This document shows, in pieces, positions 19,110 to 29,183 of a DNA stretch of 64,000 nt. How positions within the stretch are numbered: the stretch's first letter is position 1; every line of letters begins with the position of its first letter. The position numbers and the translations under genes are program-made. This DNA comes from an uncultured Gammaproteobacteria bacterium (GTDB taxonomy: Bacteria > Patescibacteriota > Microgenomatia > Levybacterales > GWA1-39-11), in contig CAZMSF010000002.1 in the NCBI GenBank assembly GCA_964568885.1, positions 4,367 through 68,366 on the forward strand, read 5' to 3'. The notes beneath the pieces are model-generated. The model saw only the letters and a list, made by a program, of their open reading frames with translations, was not told the DNA's origin and searched no databases.

Positions 19110-20222
19110 CTATCTTTGGAATTTTGGTGTTAGGACATTTTCGGTATTAAGCAGGCCATATTTTGACAGGAGTGAGGACAAGATAGGAGAGCGCGTTGCG
19201 TACAAAAGTTTCTTTGGGAATTTTTCAGCGACCAAATTCTCTACCTCATGAAATCCTAAAAGATACGAAGCATCCTTTGGGAAGCCACCGGGCGCAGAGG
19301 TGTCGGAGAGTCCGCGTTTGACTCTATATGTCATGACAAATGCACGCTGTGGGGTAAGAGTTTCTGAGAGTGAATCAAAAATCTCACGAAAACTTTTATG
19401 CAAAAGCCTGACTGCTTTTATCCGCGAGAAGTACATTTCAAATGCACTCGGCGTTATTTTTCGCGTCATCACTTCGTTGTAGACGGCAAGACCTTCGCCG
19501 TACAGATGCTGGTTACCATATTTGGAAAGCTCCGAAAGAATCGAAGACCCGCGCCGGGCATTCTCTGCTTGAAGTACGTGGCTTTCAATTTCATGAATAA
19601 CCAGTCTGTCAACATTGCACTCAAAACGCTTTATATCACACCCAATATTTACCGATTGCCTTCCGACATTTATGATATGTGGCGAAAAAGCATCAATATT
19701 GACGTCGAATCCATTAATACTATATTTGTTCAACACCATTTCAAAGCGCTCTTTTATCTTTCCCGCATTCTGCATCCGGTGCGTAATATGCATCGTAAAT
19801 TCAACTTTGGGAGTATTGGTGAGCAGAAGGTCGAGTCTGTCGGTTCCCCAATCAAATAGCTTATGAGCATTATCTGAAAATTTATCCGTACCTATTGAGC
19901 TTTTCGTCAAAAAGAGATTTTTCTGATCATCAAGAAATTCCAGAAAGTACTCTTTCAATTCGTCCGGCAACAAAAGCGTATCTATCTCCGATTTAAATCC
20001 GTCGATTATTTTGGGGATATCTTTAAACTCCCTTTTTTTATAAATATATTGGGGATTATATGTGCTTGAATTAAAAAATTTTTCCAGCTCCTCTTTGTAG
20101 TTGAGCGGAGTCAATGATTCGGTACCTATATGAAGAGACTTTTTTATTTCTAAAAATTTCTTTGCAATTTCTTCGAGCTGTTGTTTTACCTTTTCCTGGA
20201 TTACACTTTCTTCTTTTGCCAT
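19110..20222 (-). CDS. DUF1704/MATCAP-like HExxxH metallocarboxypeptidase
   Basis: HEIESH, GEGLA, RVKRG, KDASYL.G. Confidence 0.88.
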   Translation of the reverse strand: MAKEESVIQEKVKQQLEEIAKKFLEIKKSLHIGTESLTPLNYKEELEKFFNSSTYNPQYIYKKREFKDIPKIIDGFKSEIDTLLLPDELKEYFLEFLDDQKNLFLTKSSIGTDKFSDNAHKLFDWGTDRLDLLLTNTPKVEFTMHITHRMQNAGKIKERFEMVLNKYSINGFDVNIDAFSPHIINVGRQSVNIGCDIKRFECNVDRLVIHEIESHVLQAENARRGSSILSELSKYGNQHLYGEGLAVYNEVMTRKITPSAFEMYFSRIKAVRLLHKSFREIFDSLSETLTPQRAFVMTYRVKRGLSDTSAPGGFPKDASYLLGFHEVENLVAEKFPKKLLYATRSPILSSLLSKYGLLNTENVLTPKFQR

Positions 20223-20570
20223 CGGGGTAATTATAGTATCACTACGTTGCTTCTTTGTCGAATTACCGCAAGAATTTTAGAAGTAGAATCCAGGTATTAG
20301 GGTATAATTTTTAGGGTTTAGCTTTTGAATAAATAAATAAACCAAAAAAAGTTTAAAAGATATGAATGTAAGCCTAATAATGTTTGCAGTTTAGATAAAA
20401 AAATATACTAAAAAGGGTAAAAAGGAAGAAATATGTTTTGTGGAAAAAAAGTCCCAAATGCGGGGATAGATGGAATTTTTCAAGACAAAAAAAGACTGTG
20501 TCATACTGCATCACGATTTTTTGGCCCTCAAAGCATTGATAAGTGAGAGCGCAAAGCATACAATATCTTC

Positions 20571-22127
20571 ATGCAACTTAATAAATACTCGGAAAGCCTT
20601 ATCCAACTTTTCGAGAAGGCCAAAGAAAAGCCAATCGAAACTGCTAATGTTGTAAATCCTCTCGTTTCGGAACTTGCTTCATGGTACGAAAAATTCCGTA
20701 ATTCAATTGAGTATAGGGATGAAGAGGTGATATTGAGAGCATCAATTGAGCGGATTTTAAAAAGACGCTTGGCACTTGGAGGGACCGGTGCAACTGCCGC
20801 AAAGCCTCTCCTTAAAGAATTGGTATGGGCACGGTATTTTCCGGAAAGTCTTTATACGGAAGAGACCATTTCAAGAATTGAAAGAGTAATTAATTTTTAT
20901 CTCCAACTAAAAAGCGAGGCGGTAAAAAGAGGGTTGAAAGAAGGAAACATGCGGGAGCTGATGTTCCAACTCATGTCTTCGGATGTTGAGCAGTCGCTGC
21001 ATCCTAATAAGGTAGAAGAAGCTGTCGGGAATTACATCTTTCATGTTCTGCAGAAAAGTATTGCAGTTGAAGAAACGATGGAAGAAGAGAGAGACGTGCA
21101 GCTTTTTATTGCAATCCGCAGAGCGTATTCAAAAGACGATATTGCATTTTTGAGATTTAAATTATTCACACAATATTTCGGAAAAATGAGCAACCAGGAA
21201 GTAGCGGAAGTGGCCGATAAATTTAAAGATGCGAACGAACAGATAGAGAAACAATTGACGCATCCTGCTCGGTTTAAGATATTGTCATATGTCAAAAGAC
21301 AAATTCCCGCATTCCTTATCATGGAGGATATTTTTGCAACACAGGACAGCATAAAAGATTTGGTGCAGAATGAAGAAGAGTTGGATGCGGTTATTTTGGC
21401 CGCATGCAAGAGGAAATACAAAACGATTTCGGAGAAAGTAAGACGTGCCATTATACGAAGTGTTATTTTTATTCTTCTTTCGAAAACAGTAATTGCATTT
21501 GGTGTTGAGGGGACATATGAGCGAATATTTTTGGGACACGTTCAGTGGCTAACTTTAGCGCTGAATGTTGCCATCCCAACGCTTTTTATGATCGTCGTTG
21601 GATTTTCTATCCGCACTCCGGGAGACAAAAATTCACGTTTAATTCTGTCCAGAATACATGCATTGCTTTTTGACGAGGAACCTAAAATTGGCCGCGCGAT
21701 TGATTTTCCGGTTCCGGATAAAAAGCCGAGAAGCGCCATGGATTGGGTCTTTTGGGTATTGTGGGTGACTGCATTTTTACTAAGTTTTGGTGCGGTGTCT
21801 TTGGGTCTTTCATTATTGCATTTCAGCATGGTATCTCAGGGCATATTCATTTTCTTCTTGGCAATCGTGTCATTTCTTGCGTACCGCATCAATATCACCG
21901 CGCATGAATATAGCGTTGAGAACAGGCAGGGGCTTTTGACACCGATTATCGATTTTTTCTTTATGCCGATAGCAAGAGTTGGACAGTATCTGACGGCAGG
22001 AATTTCTCAGATAAATATTTTTCTTTTTATTCTGGACTTTATTATAGAAGCACCATACAAAGCTATTGTCGGATTTTTTGACCAGTGGTTTTTCTTCTTG
22101 CACTCAAAGCGTGAGGAAATCGGCTAG
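20571..22127 (+). CDS. Hypothetical membrane protein with a large soluble N-terminus
   Basis: 518 aa; YEKFRNSIEYRDEEVILRASIERILKRRL; several TM helices in the C-terminal half. Confidence 0.88.
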   Translation: MQLNKYSESLIQLFEKAKEKPIETANVVNPLVSELASWYEKFRNSIEYRDEEVILRASIERILKRRLALGGTGATAAKPLLKELVWARYFPESLYTEETISRIERVINFYLQLKSEAVKRGLKEGNMRELMFQLMSSDVEQSLHPNKVEEAVGNYIFHVLQKSIAVEETMEEERDVQLFIAIRRAYSKDDIAFLRFKLFTQYFGKMSNQEVAEVADKFKDANEQIEKQLTHPARFKILSYVKRQIPAFLIMEDIFATQDSIKDLVQNEEELDAVILAACKRKYKTISEKVRRAIIRSVIFILLSKTVIAFGVEGTYERIFLGHVQWLTLALNVAIPTLFMIVVGFSIRTPGDKNSRLILSRIHALLFDEEPKIGRAIDFPVPDKKPRSAMDWVFWVLWVTAFLLSFGAVSLGLSLLHFSMVSQGIFIFFLAIVSFLAYRINITAHEYSVENRQGLLTPIIDFFFMPIARVGQYLTAGISQINIFLFILDFIIEAPYKAIVGFFDQWFFFLHSKREEIG

Positions 22128-22132
22128 ATACT

Positions 22133-22251
22133 GATGGGTCCTGTCACTTCTCGCCCCAATTTGCGCTGCTTTTCGCCCGCTCTACTTGTTTGGAATTTTT
22201 ATGTTCGCTTGCAAAAAGTTCTCAATTGGGGTCCCCAGTCGTGCCACCCAT
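22133..22251. repeat. Structured intergenic element, copy A
   Basis: GGGTCCTGTC...CCCCAATT//AATTGGGG-TCCCC...TGCCACCC; same architecture as 39720-39821. Confidence 0.75.
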
Positions 22252-22258
22252 TCGAAGG

Positions 22259-22597
22259 CTATTTGATATCCAGAAGTTCTACCTCGAAGATGAGGTCGGC
22301 TAGGGGAGGGATAACGTCTCCGGCGCCTTCCTCACCATACCCCATGGTGTAGGGGATAAAGAGTTTTCTTTTTCCTCCGACTTTCATTCCGGGAACTCCT
22401 TCGTCCCAACCTTTTATCACATGCCCGACGCCAATAAGTGTTTCAAATGGAATGCCACGGTCTACTGAAGAATCGAATTTTTCCCCGTCATCGAAGGTCC
22501 CTGTGTAATGCATTACAACACGGTCTCCGGATTTTGCTTCGCGTCCTTTTCCGACAACAATATCTTCAATAACAAGTTTTGAAATAGGAGTTTTCAT
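22259..22597 (-). CDS. FKBP-type peptidyl-prolyl cis-trans isomerase
   Basis: MHYTG, KFDSS, VIKGWDEG, GYG, LIFEVELL. Confidence 0.98.
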   Translation of the reverse strand: MKTPISKLVIEDIVVGKGREAKSGDRVVMHYTGTFDDGEKFDSSVDRGIPFETLIGVGHVIKGWDEGVPGMKVGGKRKLFIPYTMGYGEEGAGDVIPPLADLIFEVELLDIK

Positions 22598-22601
22598 ACA
22601 T

Positions 22602-22892
22602 TCATTTTACACCAACAAAATCAATTCGTGGAAGGAATGCTCTGATTTGGTCCCAGAATTTATCTGCAAGTCCTGAGGAGTATTTCGAGAACTGGCCGCT
22701 ATTTTGGTGAGCGGTCAATTTCATTTCGTATTCGCGGATTATATCAACTACTTTTTTACCTTTTTCATTGAATTCATTTTTATATTCTTCCTCATTTTGG
22801 AGGAATTTGTCATGGATATCCTTAAAATCCAGCATCAAGTCCCGGTGCTGTTCCATCATCTCTAAGAATAATTGGCGGTATTTGGCTGACAT
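22602..22892 (-). CDS. Hypothetical helical protein
   Basis: 96 aa ORF, 4 nt upstream of the FKBP gene on the same strand. Confidence 0.8.
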   Translation of the reverse strand: MSAKYRQLFLEMMEQHRDLMLDFKDIHDKFLQNEEEYKNEFNEKGKKVVDIIREYEMKLTAHQNSGQFSKYSSGLADKFWDQIRAFLPRIDFVGVK

Positions 22893-22956
22893 GGTTTAAG
22901 TATATTAAAGAGTATAAGCTTTCGAGTCAAGAGGCCTTTTGATATAATTGTAAGCT

Positions 22957-23013
22957 ATGAATAACTATCAAATTTTGTTATTTTACCCCGAGCGAAGCGA
23001 GTGGGCAAAATAA
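22957..23013 (+). other. 18-codon uORF MNNYQILLFYPERSEWAK*, a duplicated N-terminus of trhO
   Basis: First 10 codons mirror MNNFQVLLFY at 23021; TATAAT lies 8 nt before this ATG. Confidence 0.8.
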
Positions 23014-23020
23014 AATTCAT

Positions 23021-23929
23021 ATGAATAATTTTCAAGTTCTTTTATTTTATAAATATATTCCAATTGAAAATCCTGTGCACGAAATGCGCGAGCAGAAGAG
23101 GCTTTGTGAGCGGTTAGGGTTGAGGGGACGGATAATTATTGCCACGGAAGGAATTAATGGAACGGTTGAGGGAACTGTTGAGAATACGGAGGAATACATG
23201 CAAATTATAATGCAAGACCCTCGATTTTCTGATATTAATTGGAAAAAATCGGAGGGAACGGGAAATGCATTCCCAAAGCTAAAAGTGAAAGTGAGAGAGG
23301 AAATTGTAAGCCTTCATCTTCACGACAAAGACATAAAGCCATGGAAAGTTACAGGAAAATACTTGGAAGCGGAGGAATTACATAGATGGTTTGAGGAAGG
23401 AAGAGAGTTCTACATTGTTGACATGAGGAATGATTATGAGCATAAAAGCGGGTATTTTGAAGGTTCGATACTGCCTCCCTTCAGTAATTTTAGAGATCTC
23501 TCAGAATTGTTACCGCATCTTGAAAGTTTGAAAAACAAGACTGTAGTGACCGTATGCACCGGTGGAGTCAGGTGCGAAAAAGCATCCGGTTTTTTGATAA
23601 AAAATGGATTTGCGGATGTGTACCAATTGAAGAATGGCATCGTAACGTATATGGAAAAATATCCTAACGAACATTTTAAAGGAAAATTATATGTTTTTGA
23701 CGGGCGGATATTAATGGGTTTTAACACCGGTTCTGAGAGGCACGAGGTTGTCGGAAAGTGCGAGAGGTGTTCGGAAACATCGGAACATTACATCAACTGT
23801 GACACCGTAGGATGCCATAGACATTTTATCTTGTGTGAGAAATGTATCGGTGAGTCAGGCAAAGTTTGTCCTGCTGGCTGCAAATATTTAAGAAGAAAGC
23901 AGCGCGAAAATCCCATACACCCCGCATAA
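23021..23929 (+). CDS. trhO: tRNA uridine(34) hydroxylase (YceA/TrhO, rhodanese domain)
   Basis: GRIIIATEGINGT, FPKLKVKVREEIV, DMRNDYE, CTGGVRCEK, YVFD.R. Confidence 0.95.
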   Translation: MNNFQVLLFYKYIPIENPVHEMREQKRLCERLGLRGRIIIATEGINGTVEGTVENTEEYMQIIMQDPRFSDINWKKSEGTGNAFPKLKVKVREEIVSLHLHDKDIKPWKVTGKYLEAEELHRWFEEGREFYIVDMRNDYEHKSGYFEGSILPPFSNFRDLSELLPHLESLKNKTVVTVCTGGVRCEKASGFLIKNGFADVYQLKNGIVTYMEKYPNEHFKGKLYVFDGRILMGFNTGSERHEVVGKCERCSETSEHYINCDTVGCHRHFILCEKCIGESGKVCPAGCKYLRRKQRENPIHPA

Positions 23930-23930
23930 G

Positions 23931-24025
23931 TTCTTAAACGCAGTCAAGAACTCTCAAAGTTCTTATACGAAGTAAAGAAAACTTCAGCTTTTCTTAAACG
24001 CAGTCAAGAACTCTCAAAGTTCTTA
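23931..24025. repeat. Two identical 35-nt repeats separated by a related 25-nt segment (hairpin array)
   Basis: TTCTTAAACGCAGTCAAGAACTCTCAAAGTTCTTA at 23931-23965 and 23991-24025. Confidence 0.9.
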
Positions 24026-24070
24026 CTTTCTTTTCACGCCTTTTTTGATTTAGTGCTATATATTGTGAGC

Positions 24071-24154
24071 ATGGAAGTAGTAGTGAAGAGGTCGGTTTTT
24101 GCCGCTCTCGCAACCATTATATTACTAAGCGCCTACATCGTATCATTGCGATAA
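24071..24154 (+). CDS. Putative 27-aa single-TM microprotein
   Basis: MEVVVKRSVFAALATIILLSAYIVSLR*; -10-like TGCTATATAT just upstream. Confidence 0.45.
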   Translation: MEVVVKRSVFAALATIILLSAYIVSLR

Positions 24155-24227
24155 AAAAAAGAAGTAGTTGTTGCCATCTTTTTTTCATTGTAAAATGTAA
24201 CCCCCCACATATCATTGCGGGTTTGTC

Positions 24228-25526
24228 ATGGAAAAAAATCAAAATAAATTACTGGCGCTTTTCCCAGCGATGGGGGTGAGAAATTACCAGTATTATTTTG
24301 TGGGGCAGCTCATTTCTCAGGTAGGAACCTGGCTTCAGATAGTATCTGAGGGGTGGTTGGTTTTACAGCTCACCAATTCTGCTTTCCTTATTGGTGTCGT
24401 TGCAGCGTGTGCTACCGTACCGTCTCTCCTTTTTTCTCTTTTTGGCGGTGTAATTGTCGATAGGTTTAACAGAAAATATTTGATAATTGCGACACAAGCA
24501 AGTTCAATGGTCCTGGCGCTTTCTCTTGGATTTTTGACTCTTTTTCATCTTATTAATGTTTGGGAAATTGCATTATTCGCATTTCTACTGGGTGTAGTTA
24601 ATTCCGTTGATATGCCGGCCAGGCAAGCATTTGTATACGAGATGGTTGGTAAAGAAAAAATGGCATCCGCCATCGCTCTTAATGCGGGGATATTCAACTC
24701 TGCCCGGGTAATCGGCCCTTCGGTCGCAGGGATATTGATAGCTATTGTAGGTCCGGCCGGTGCGTATCTTCTGAATGGATTTTCTTATATCGCTGCTATT
24801 ATCGTACAATTCCTGATTGTTCCTATCGCAACACGAAAACATGAGGACCATTCTCATCCGATTCAGGCTATCAAAGATGGAGTATCATATACGGTTGCAC
24901 ATCCTGTAATCAGGTCGCTAATTTTGCTTACCGCAATTATCAGTATATTTGGATGGTCATATACTACAATCATGCCTTTTATCGCAAAAAACACATTTCA
25001 TCAGGGGGCTGCAGGTCTTGGATATCTTTATGCTGCGGCAGGAGTTGGCGCTCTTGTTGCCACCGTCATGGTCAGTTCTATCGGCAATAAAATAAGCCCT
25101 TATATATTCATTCTTGGCGGAAATCTATTGTTTGCGGTATCGATGATAGGTTTTTCTTCCGTCACACATATATTGCCTGCTTACTTTTTCTTGTGTCTTG
25201 GAGGGTTTGGATTGCTTTCGGCATTTGCCGTCATCAATGCCCGCATTCAGCATCTGGTTGAGGGACAATACCGCGGTCGGGTGCTGAGTCTTTATCTTTT
25301 GATGTTTGTCGGCCTTTTTCCTATCGGAAATTTCCAAATAGGTTTTATGTCCGAGCATTTTGGTTCTCAATTTGCGATACGATTTGGAGCATTCGTCGTT
25401 TTAATAGCAGTAGTTGCCGGCTTTTTCGCGAGGGAAAAAATAGCAAAACAACATGAAGAATATGAATCCAAAAAGGAACTGGAAAGCGGAGCGCGAGAAG
25501 TTGTGGTTGACAGTATCAGATCATAG
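24228..25526 (+). CDS. MFS transporter (MFS_3/DUF894-like)
   Basis: GQLISQVGTWLQ, GGVIVDRFNRK, DMPARQAF, RGRVLS; about 12 TM. Confidence 0.95.
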   Translation: MEKNQNKLLALFPAMGVRNYQYYFVGQLISQVGTWLQIVSEGWLVLQLTNSAFLIGVVAACATVPSLLFSLFGGVIVDRFNRKYLIIATQASSMVLALSLGFLTLFHLINVWEIALFAFLLGVVNSVDMPARQAFVYEMVGKEKMASAIALNAGIFNSARVIGPSVAGILIAIVGPAGAYLLNGFSYIAAIIVQFLIVPIATRKHEDHSHPIQAIKDGVSYTVAHPVIRSLILLTAIISIFGWSYTTIMPFIAKNTFHQGAAGLGYLYAAAGVGALVATVMVSSIGNKISPYIFILGGNLLFAVSMIGFSSVTHILPAYFFLCLGGFGLLSAFAVINARIQHLVEGQYRGRVLSLYLLMFVGLFPIGNFQIGFMSEHFGSQFAIRFGAFVVLIAVVAGFFAREKIAKQHEEYESKKELESGAREVVVDSIRS

Positions 25527-25602
25527 CCCCCAACACCTTCAGCATTATTGTAAATGCCTTCCATTTATTAGATAGTAATAATAAGAAAGGGGGTGATGTT
25601 TT

Positions 25603-25773
25603 GTGAACGCGAAAATGAAATCATGTTTTACGCCTCATGTTTTGACGCATAGTCTCTTCGGACTTGGGCTTGGAGTTTTGCTGGCATCAGTTATTCCGTC
25701 ACTTGCAATGTGGTGGCTCGGAGTAGTTATTATTGTTGTTGCTTTTGCTTTGGATGCAATGAGAAAGAACTAG
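25603..25773 (+). CDS. 56-aa two-TM small membrane protein
   Basis: Strong SD GAAAGGGGGTGA, GTG start; MNAKMKSCFTPHVLTHSLFGLGLGVLL...LDAMRKN*. Confidence 0.75.
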   Translation: MNAKMKSCFTPHVLTHSLFGLGLGVLLASVIPSLAMWWLGVVIIVVAFALDAMRKN

Positions 25774-25821
25774 AAATAGTTTTGTTCCACAAGACCTTTT
25801 AGGATTGATATAATCTTTGCT

Positions 25822-26310
25822 ATGCATGCATATCGAACGGGCCTTGTTATCGGGAGATTTCAGCCATTTCATAATGGACACAAGTTCCTCATCGAAAAAG
25901 CGTTAAAATTGTGTGACAAAATTTATATTGGAATTGGAAGTTCAAATAAATCCGACGATAAAAATCCATATTCTGCAAGTGAGCGACTCTCTCACATAAA
26001 AAAATTTCTGAAGAACGAAAAAATTGAAGACAGAGTCATCAAGATACTAAAACTTAATGACAATCCCGATGATGATGTGTGGTTTGAGAACCTTTACAAA
26101 ATGACGGGACCATTTGATGTGACTATTGGGAACAACCCTTGGAATAACGGCATCATCGAAAGGCATGGAATTCCTGCAGTGTATATAGGATTTCATAAGA
26201 GGCACGTTCTTGAGGGAATAAAAATCAGAAAACTCATGCAGGAAAATAAGAAGTGGGAGGAACGGGTGCCACAGTATCTAGTGGGTCTTATTAAACCTCA
26301 GGGGGAGTAG
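25822..26310 (+). CDS. Nicotinamide-nucleotide adenylyltransferase-like cytidylyltransferase family protein (NadM-like)
   Basis: GRFQPFHNGH, IGIGSS, NPYSASER, G.KIR. Confidence 0.9.
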   Translation: MHAYRTGLVIGRFQPFHNGHKFLIEKALKLCDKIYIGIGSSNKSDDKNPYSASERLSHIKKFLKNEKIEDRVIKILKLNDNPDDDVWFENLYKMTGPFDVTIGNNPWNNGIIERHGIPAVYIGFHKRHVLEGIKIRKLMQENKKWEERVPQYLVGLIKPQGE

Positions 26311-26354
26311 GGCGCTCTTTACCCTTGCCACGCAATTCTCTATAATGAATAGCA

Positions 26355-28994
26355 ATGCCCCAAAATGACGTTTCCGGTTTGACCTCTCAAGAAGTTGTTC
26401 TTCTACGCCAGGAATTTGGTAGAAACGTTCTTTCAGAGAAGAAAAAATCCTCAATAGTCCGCATCTTCCAAAATCAGCTAAAGAATAATTTTGTTGTATA
26501 TCTTCTCGTTGCCGCTATCATCATTTCATTTTTTGTCGGGAAATATATTACTGCTATTGCTATTTTTGGAGTAATCTCGCTGGTTGTTGGGGCCGGATTT
26601 TTTCAAGAATACAAGGCCGAAAAAGCGGTTGAGGCACTTAAGAATCTTTTAACGCTAAAGACGAGGGTGAGAAGGGAGGGACAAGAAAAACTGGTTGAAT
26701 CAACAGAGCTTGTCCCGAACGATATTGTTTTATTGGGCGCAGGGGACAAGGTACCTGCCGATGCGATAATTCTTTCGGGAGAGGAGGTTACGGTTGATGA
26801 ATCGATACTTACTGGCGAGGCTCAGGAAGTTGTAAAAAAACCGTATTCGCCCGATGGAAAAGAAGATAAGTCTTCGATGGTCTTTATGGGAACATTTATT
26901 ACGAGCGGTAATTGTGTTGTGAAGGTCACCCAGACGGGTATGAAAACCGAGTTTGGAAAGATTGCAGAGCTCGTTGAGGAAACTCAAAAAACGCTTCCAC
27001 TCCAAAGCAAAGTCAACAGAATTACTAAATATATGGTGGTTTTTGCTATTTCGGTGTCGGTATTAACCGGAGTCGTGTATGTGTTGCAGTCCGGGAATAT
27101 CACCCTTCCCCTTATCGAAAGTACGCTTATTCTTGTTATTGCTTTGTCTGTTTCTGCCTTCCCGGAGGGTTTTCCCGTAGTGCTCACTACTACTCTTGCG
27201 GTGGGCGTTATGAGGATGGCAAAAAGGAATGCGATAGTCAACCGCATGAGTGTTATTGAATCTTTAGGGGAGACGACTGTTATTGCTACCGATAAAACAG
27301 GGACCGTAACCAGAGGTGAGATGACTGTAAAAAAAATAATTCTTGATAATAAAACCCTTCATGTTACGGGTATTGGATACGAAACTAATGGAGAGTTACT
27401 CCACGATGGAAAGAAATATTCTGTAGAAAATGATGAGCAGCTCACCTTGATACTTCTGTCATCCGTTCTTTGCAACAATGCTTCTTTTGTTCAGGATGAG
27501 AATGAGGAGAGAAAACTGACGGGGAGCGCCACGGATACTGCCCTTTTGGTTTTGGGCGAGAAAGCAGGATTTCATAAAGATAACCCTTCATATATTGTAG
27601 TTGAGGAGTTTCCTTTTACTTCTGAAAGGAAAATGATGAGCGTTGAGACTAAGAGGGGGGATGAGTCGTTCATTTTCTCCAAAGGGGCACCCGAAATGCT
27701 GATAAAGCATTGTAAGCATTTTCTGGAACGCGACAAGGTTCTGCCATTGACTGAGGAAAAAATAAAGGAATTGCTCGGACAAAATTCCGAGCTGACAACG
27801 AAAGCACTTCGTACGATTGCGTTTGCGTATAAAAAAAATGGCGGAGGGGCACATGATGAGGAAGAGGACCTTACCTTTCTCGGAATTGCAGCTCTTGAGG
27901 ATTCGCCGCGTGAGGAGGTAGTGGAATCAATCGAGATGGGTAAAAAAGCGGGGATAGCAGTAAAACTTATTACCGGTGACCACAAAGAAACAGCACAAGC
28001 CGTTGCAAGACAAATTGGTATTCTGGATACCGTTATTACAGGTGAGGAGTTGGAAAAGATGACGGACGAACAGCTCCGGAAAGAAGTTATGGGTATAGGT
28101 ATATTTGCAAGAGTCATGCCCGAGCAAAAACTCCGCATCGTAAGAGCGCTTAAAGAAACTGGTGAAATAGTTGCAATGACGGGGGATGGAGTGAACGATG
28201 CTCCTGCTTTGGAGGAGGCTCATGTCGGAATTGCGATGGGAAAAAGAGGAACGGATGTCGCACGGTCTGCATCTGACTTGATATTGAAGGACGACAATTT
28301 TTCGACAATTATGGCTGCAATAATTGAAGGGCGAACCATCTTCAATAACATCAGAAAATTCACCACATACCAGTTATCATGTAATTTTGCAGAACTAATG
28401 GTGCTTTTTATCGCAACAATGTTAGCTCCCTTCCTTTCATGGAGTGTTCCGCTGCTGGTTGCGATACAGATTCTCTTTATGAATTTGGTCACCGATAATT
28501 TGCCGGCCATTATGCTCGGATTTAATCCTTCTTCAAAGGACATTATGCACGGGAAATTCAAAAAGAATATGGACATTCTTGATAGAAAGTTAATTGCTAT
28601 CGTTTTTATGACCGGTATACTTATGGGAAGTTTTGTCCTTTTATCATACTACATATCATTTAATGTCTTAGGGCACGATGCTGGAAGTTCCCGAACAGTA
28701 GCGCTTGTCGCACTTATAGTAATTGAAATCTGTGCCGCATTTGTCTTTAGATCATTCAGGAAAGGGGTTCTGACGCGTTCTCCATTTTCAAATAAATACT
28801 TGTTGTTTGCATCTATTATTTCCTTGCTTGCAACCCTTACGGTAATCTACACACCGCTTTCATATGTATTCGAAACTGTTCAGATATCGTTCTATGAATG
28901 GGGATTTTCGTTGGCTTTCGGTTTTTTGTTGCTGATAATTTTTGATGTACTTAAATTTATTAATCCAAAAACTAACATTTTTCCCGCTCATTAA
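26355..28994 (+). CDS. Cation-transporting P-type ATPase (type IIA, Ca2+-like)
   Basis: DESILTGE, PEGFP, DKTGT, KGAPE, TGD, MTGDGVNDAPAL, NLVTD. Confidence 0.97.
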   Translation: MPQNDVSGLTSQEVVLLRQEFGRNVLSEKKKSSIVRIFQNQLKNNFVVYLLVAAIIISFFVGKYITAIAIFGVISLVVGAGFFQEYKAEKAVEALKNLLTLKTRVRREGQEKLVESTELVPNDIVLLGAGDKVPADAIILSGEEVTVDESILTGEAQEVVKKPYSPDGKEDKSSMVFMGTFITSGNCVVKVTQTGMKTEFGKIAELVEETQKTLPLQSKVNRITKYMVVFAISVSVLTGVVYVLQSGNITLPLIESTLILVIALSVSAFPEGFPVVLTTTLAVGVMRMAKRNAIVNRMSVIESLGETTVIATDKTGTVTRGEMTVKKIILDNKTLHVTGIGYETNGELLHDGKKYSVENDEQLTLILLSSVLCNNASFVQDENEERKLTGSATDTALLVLGEKAGFHKDNPSYIVVEEFPFTSERKMMSVETKRGDESFIFSKGAPEMLIKHCKHFLERDKVLPLTEEKIKELLGQNSELTTKALRTIAFAYKKNGGGAHDEEEDLTFLGIAALEDSPREEVVESIEMGKKAGIAVKLITGDHKETAQAVARQIGILDTVITGEELEKMTDEQLRKEVMGIGIFARVMPEQKLRIVRALKETGEIVAMTGDGVNDAPALEEAHVGIAMGKRGTDVARSASDLILKDDNFSTIMAAIIEGRTIFNNIRKFTTYQLSCNFAELMVLFIATMLAPFLSWSVPLLVAIQILFMNLVTDNLPAIMLGFNPSSKDIMHGKFKKNMDILDRKLIAIVFMTGILMGSFVLLSYYISFNVLGHDAGSSRTVALVALIVIEICAAFVFRSFRKGVLTRSPFSNKYLLFASIISLLATLTVIYTPLSYVFETVQISFYEWGFSLAFGFLLLIIFDVLKFINPKTNIFPAH

Positions 28995-29125
28995 ATTTTC
29001 ATGCCATAGTTGTTTGTAGTAGCGACTATAAAGACATCTTAAGACCCAATTGATTTAACTTTCCTTCGGGTTTAGTCTAAATAAGACTATGTATTTGGCA
29101 GAAATTATAGTGTGATGTGTTTTAT

Positions 29126-29153
29126 AAAACCGGTCATTATGCCGGTTTTTTTT
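29126..29153 (+). terminator. Intrinsic terminator-like hairpin
   Basis: AAAACCGG-TCATTATG-CCGG followed by a T8 run. Confidence 0.55.
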
Positions 29154-29183
29154 CTGTCAAAAAAGGGAGGAGGTGAAAAAAAT

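Noticed and set aside
22133-22251. Known riboswitch or HDV-like ribozyme identity for the structured element
   Set aside because: Could not fit the cobalamin, yybP-ykoY, glycine or HDV consensus by eye, and the 3' location argues against a riboswitch. Left unassigned.
23931-24025. Mini CRISPR array (35-nt repeats, 25-nt spacer)
   Set aside because: Only two repeats, the spacer is itself a structural variant of the repeat, and no cas genes are in the window. Kept as a hairpin repeat instead.
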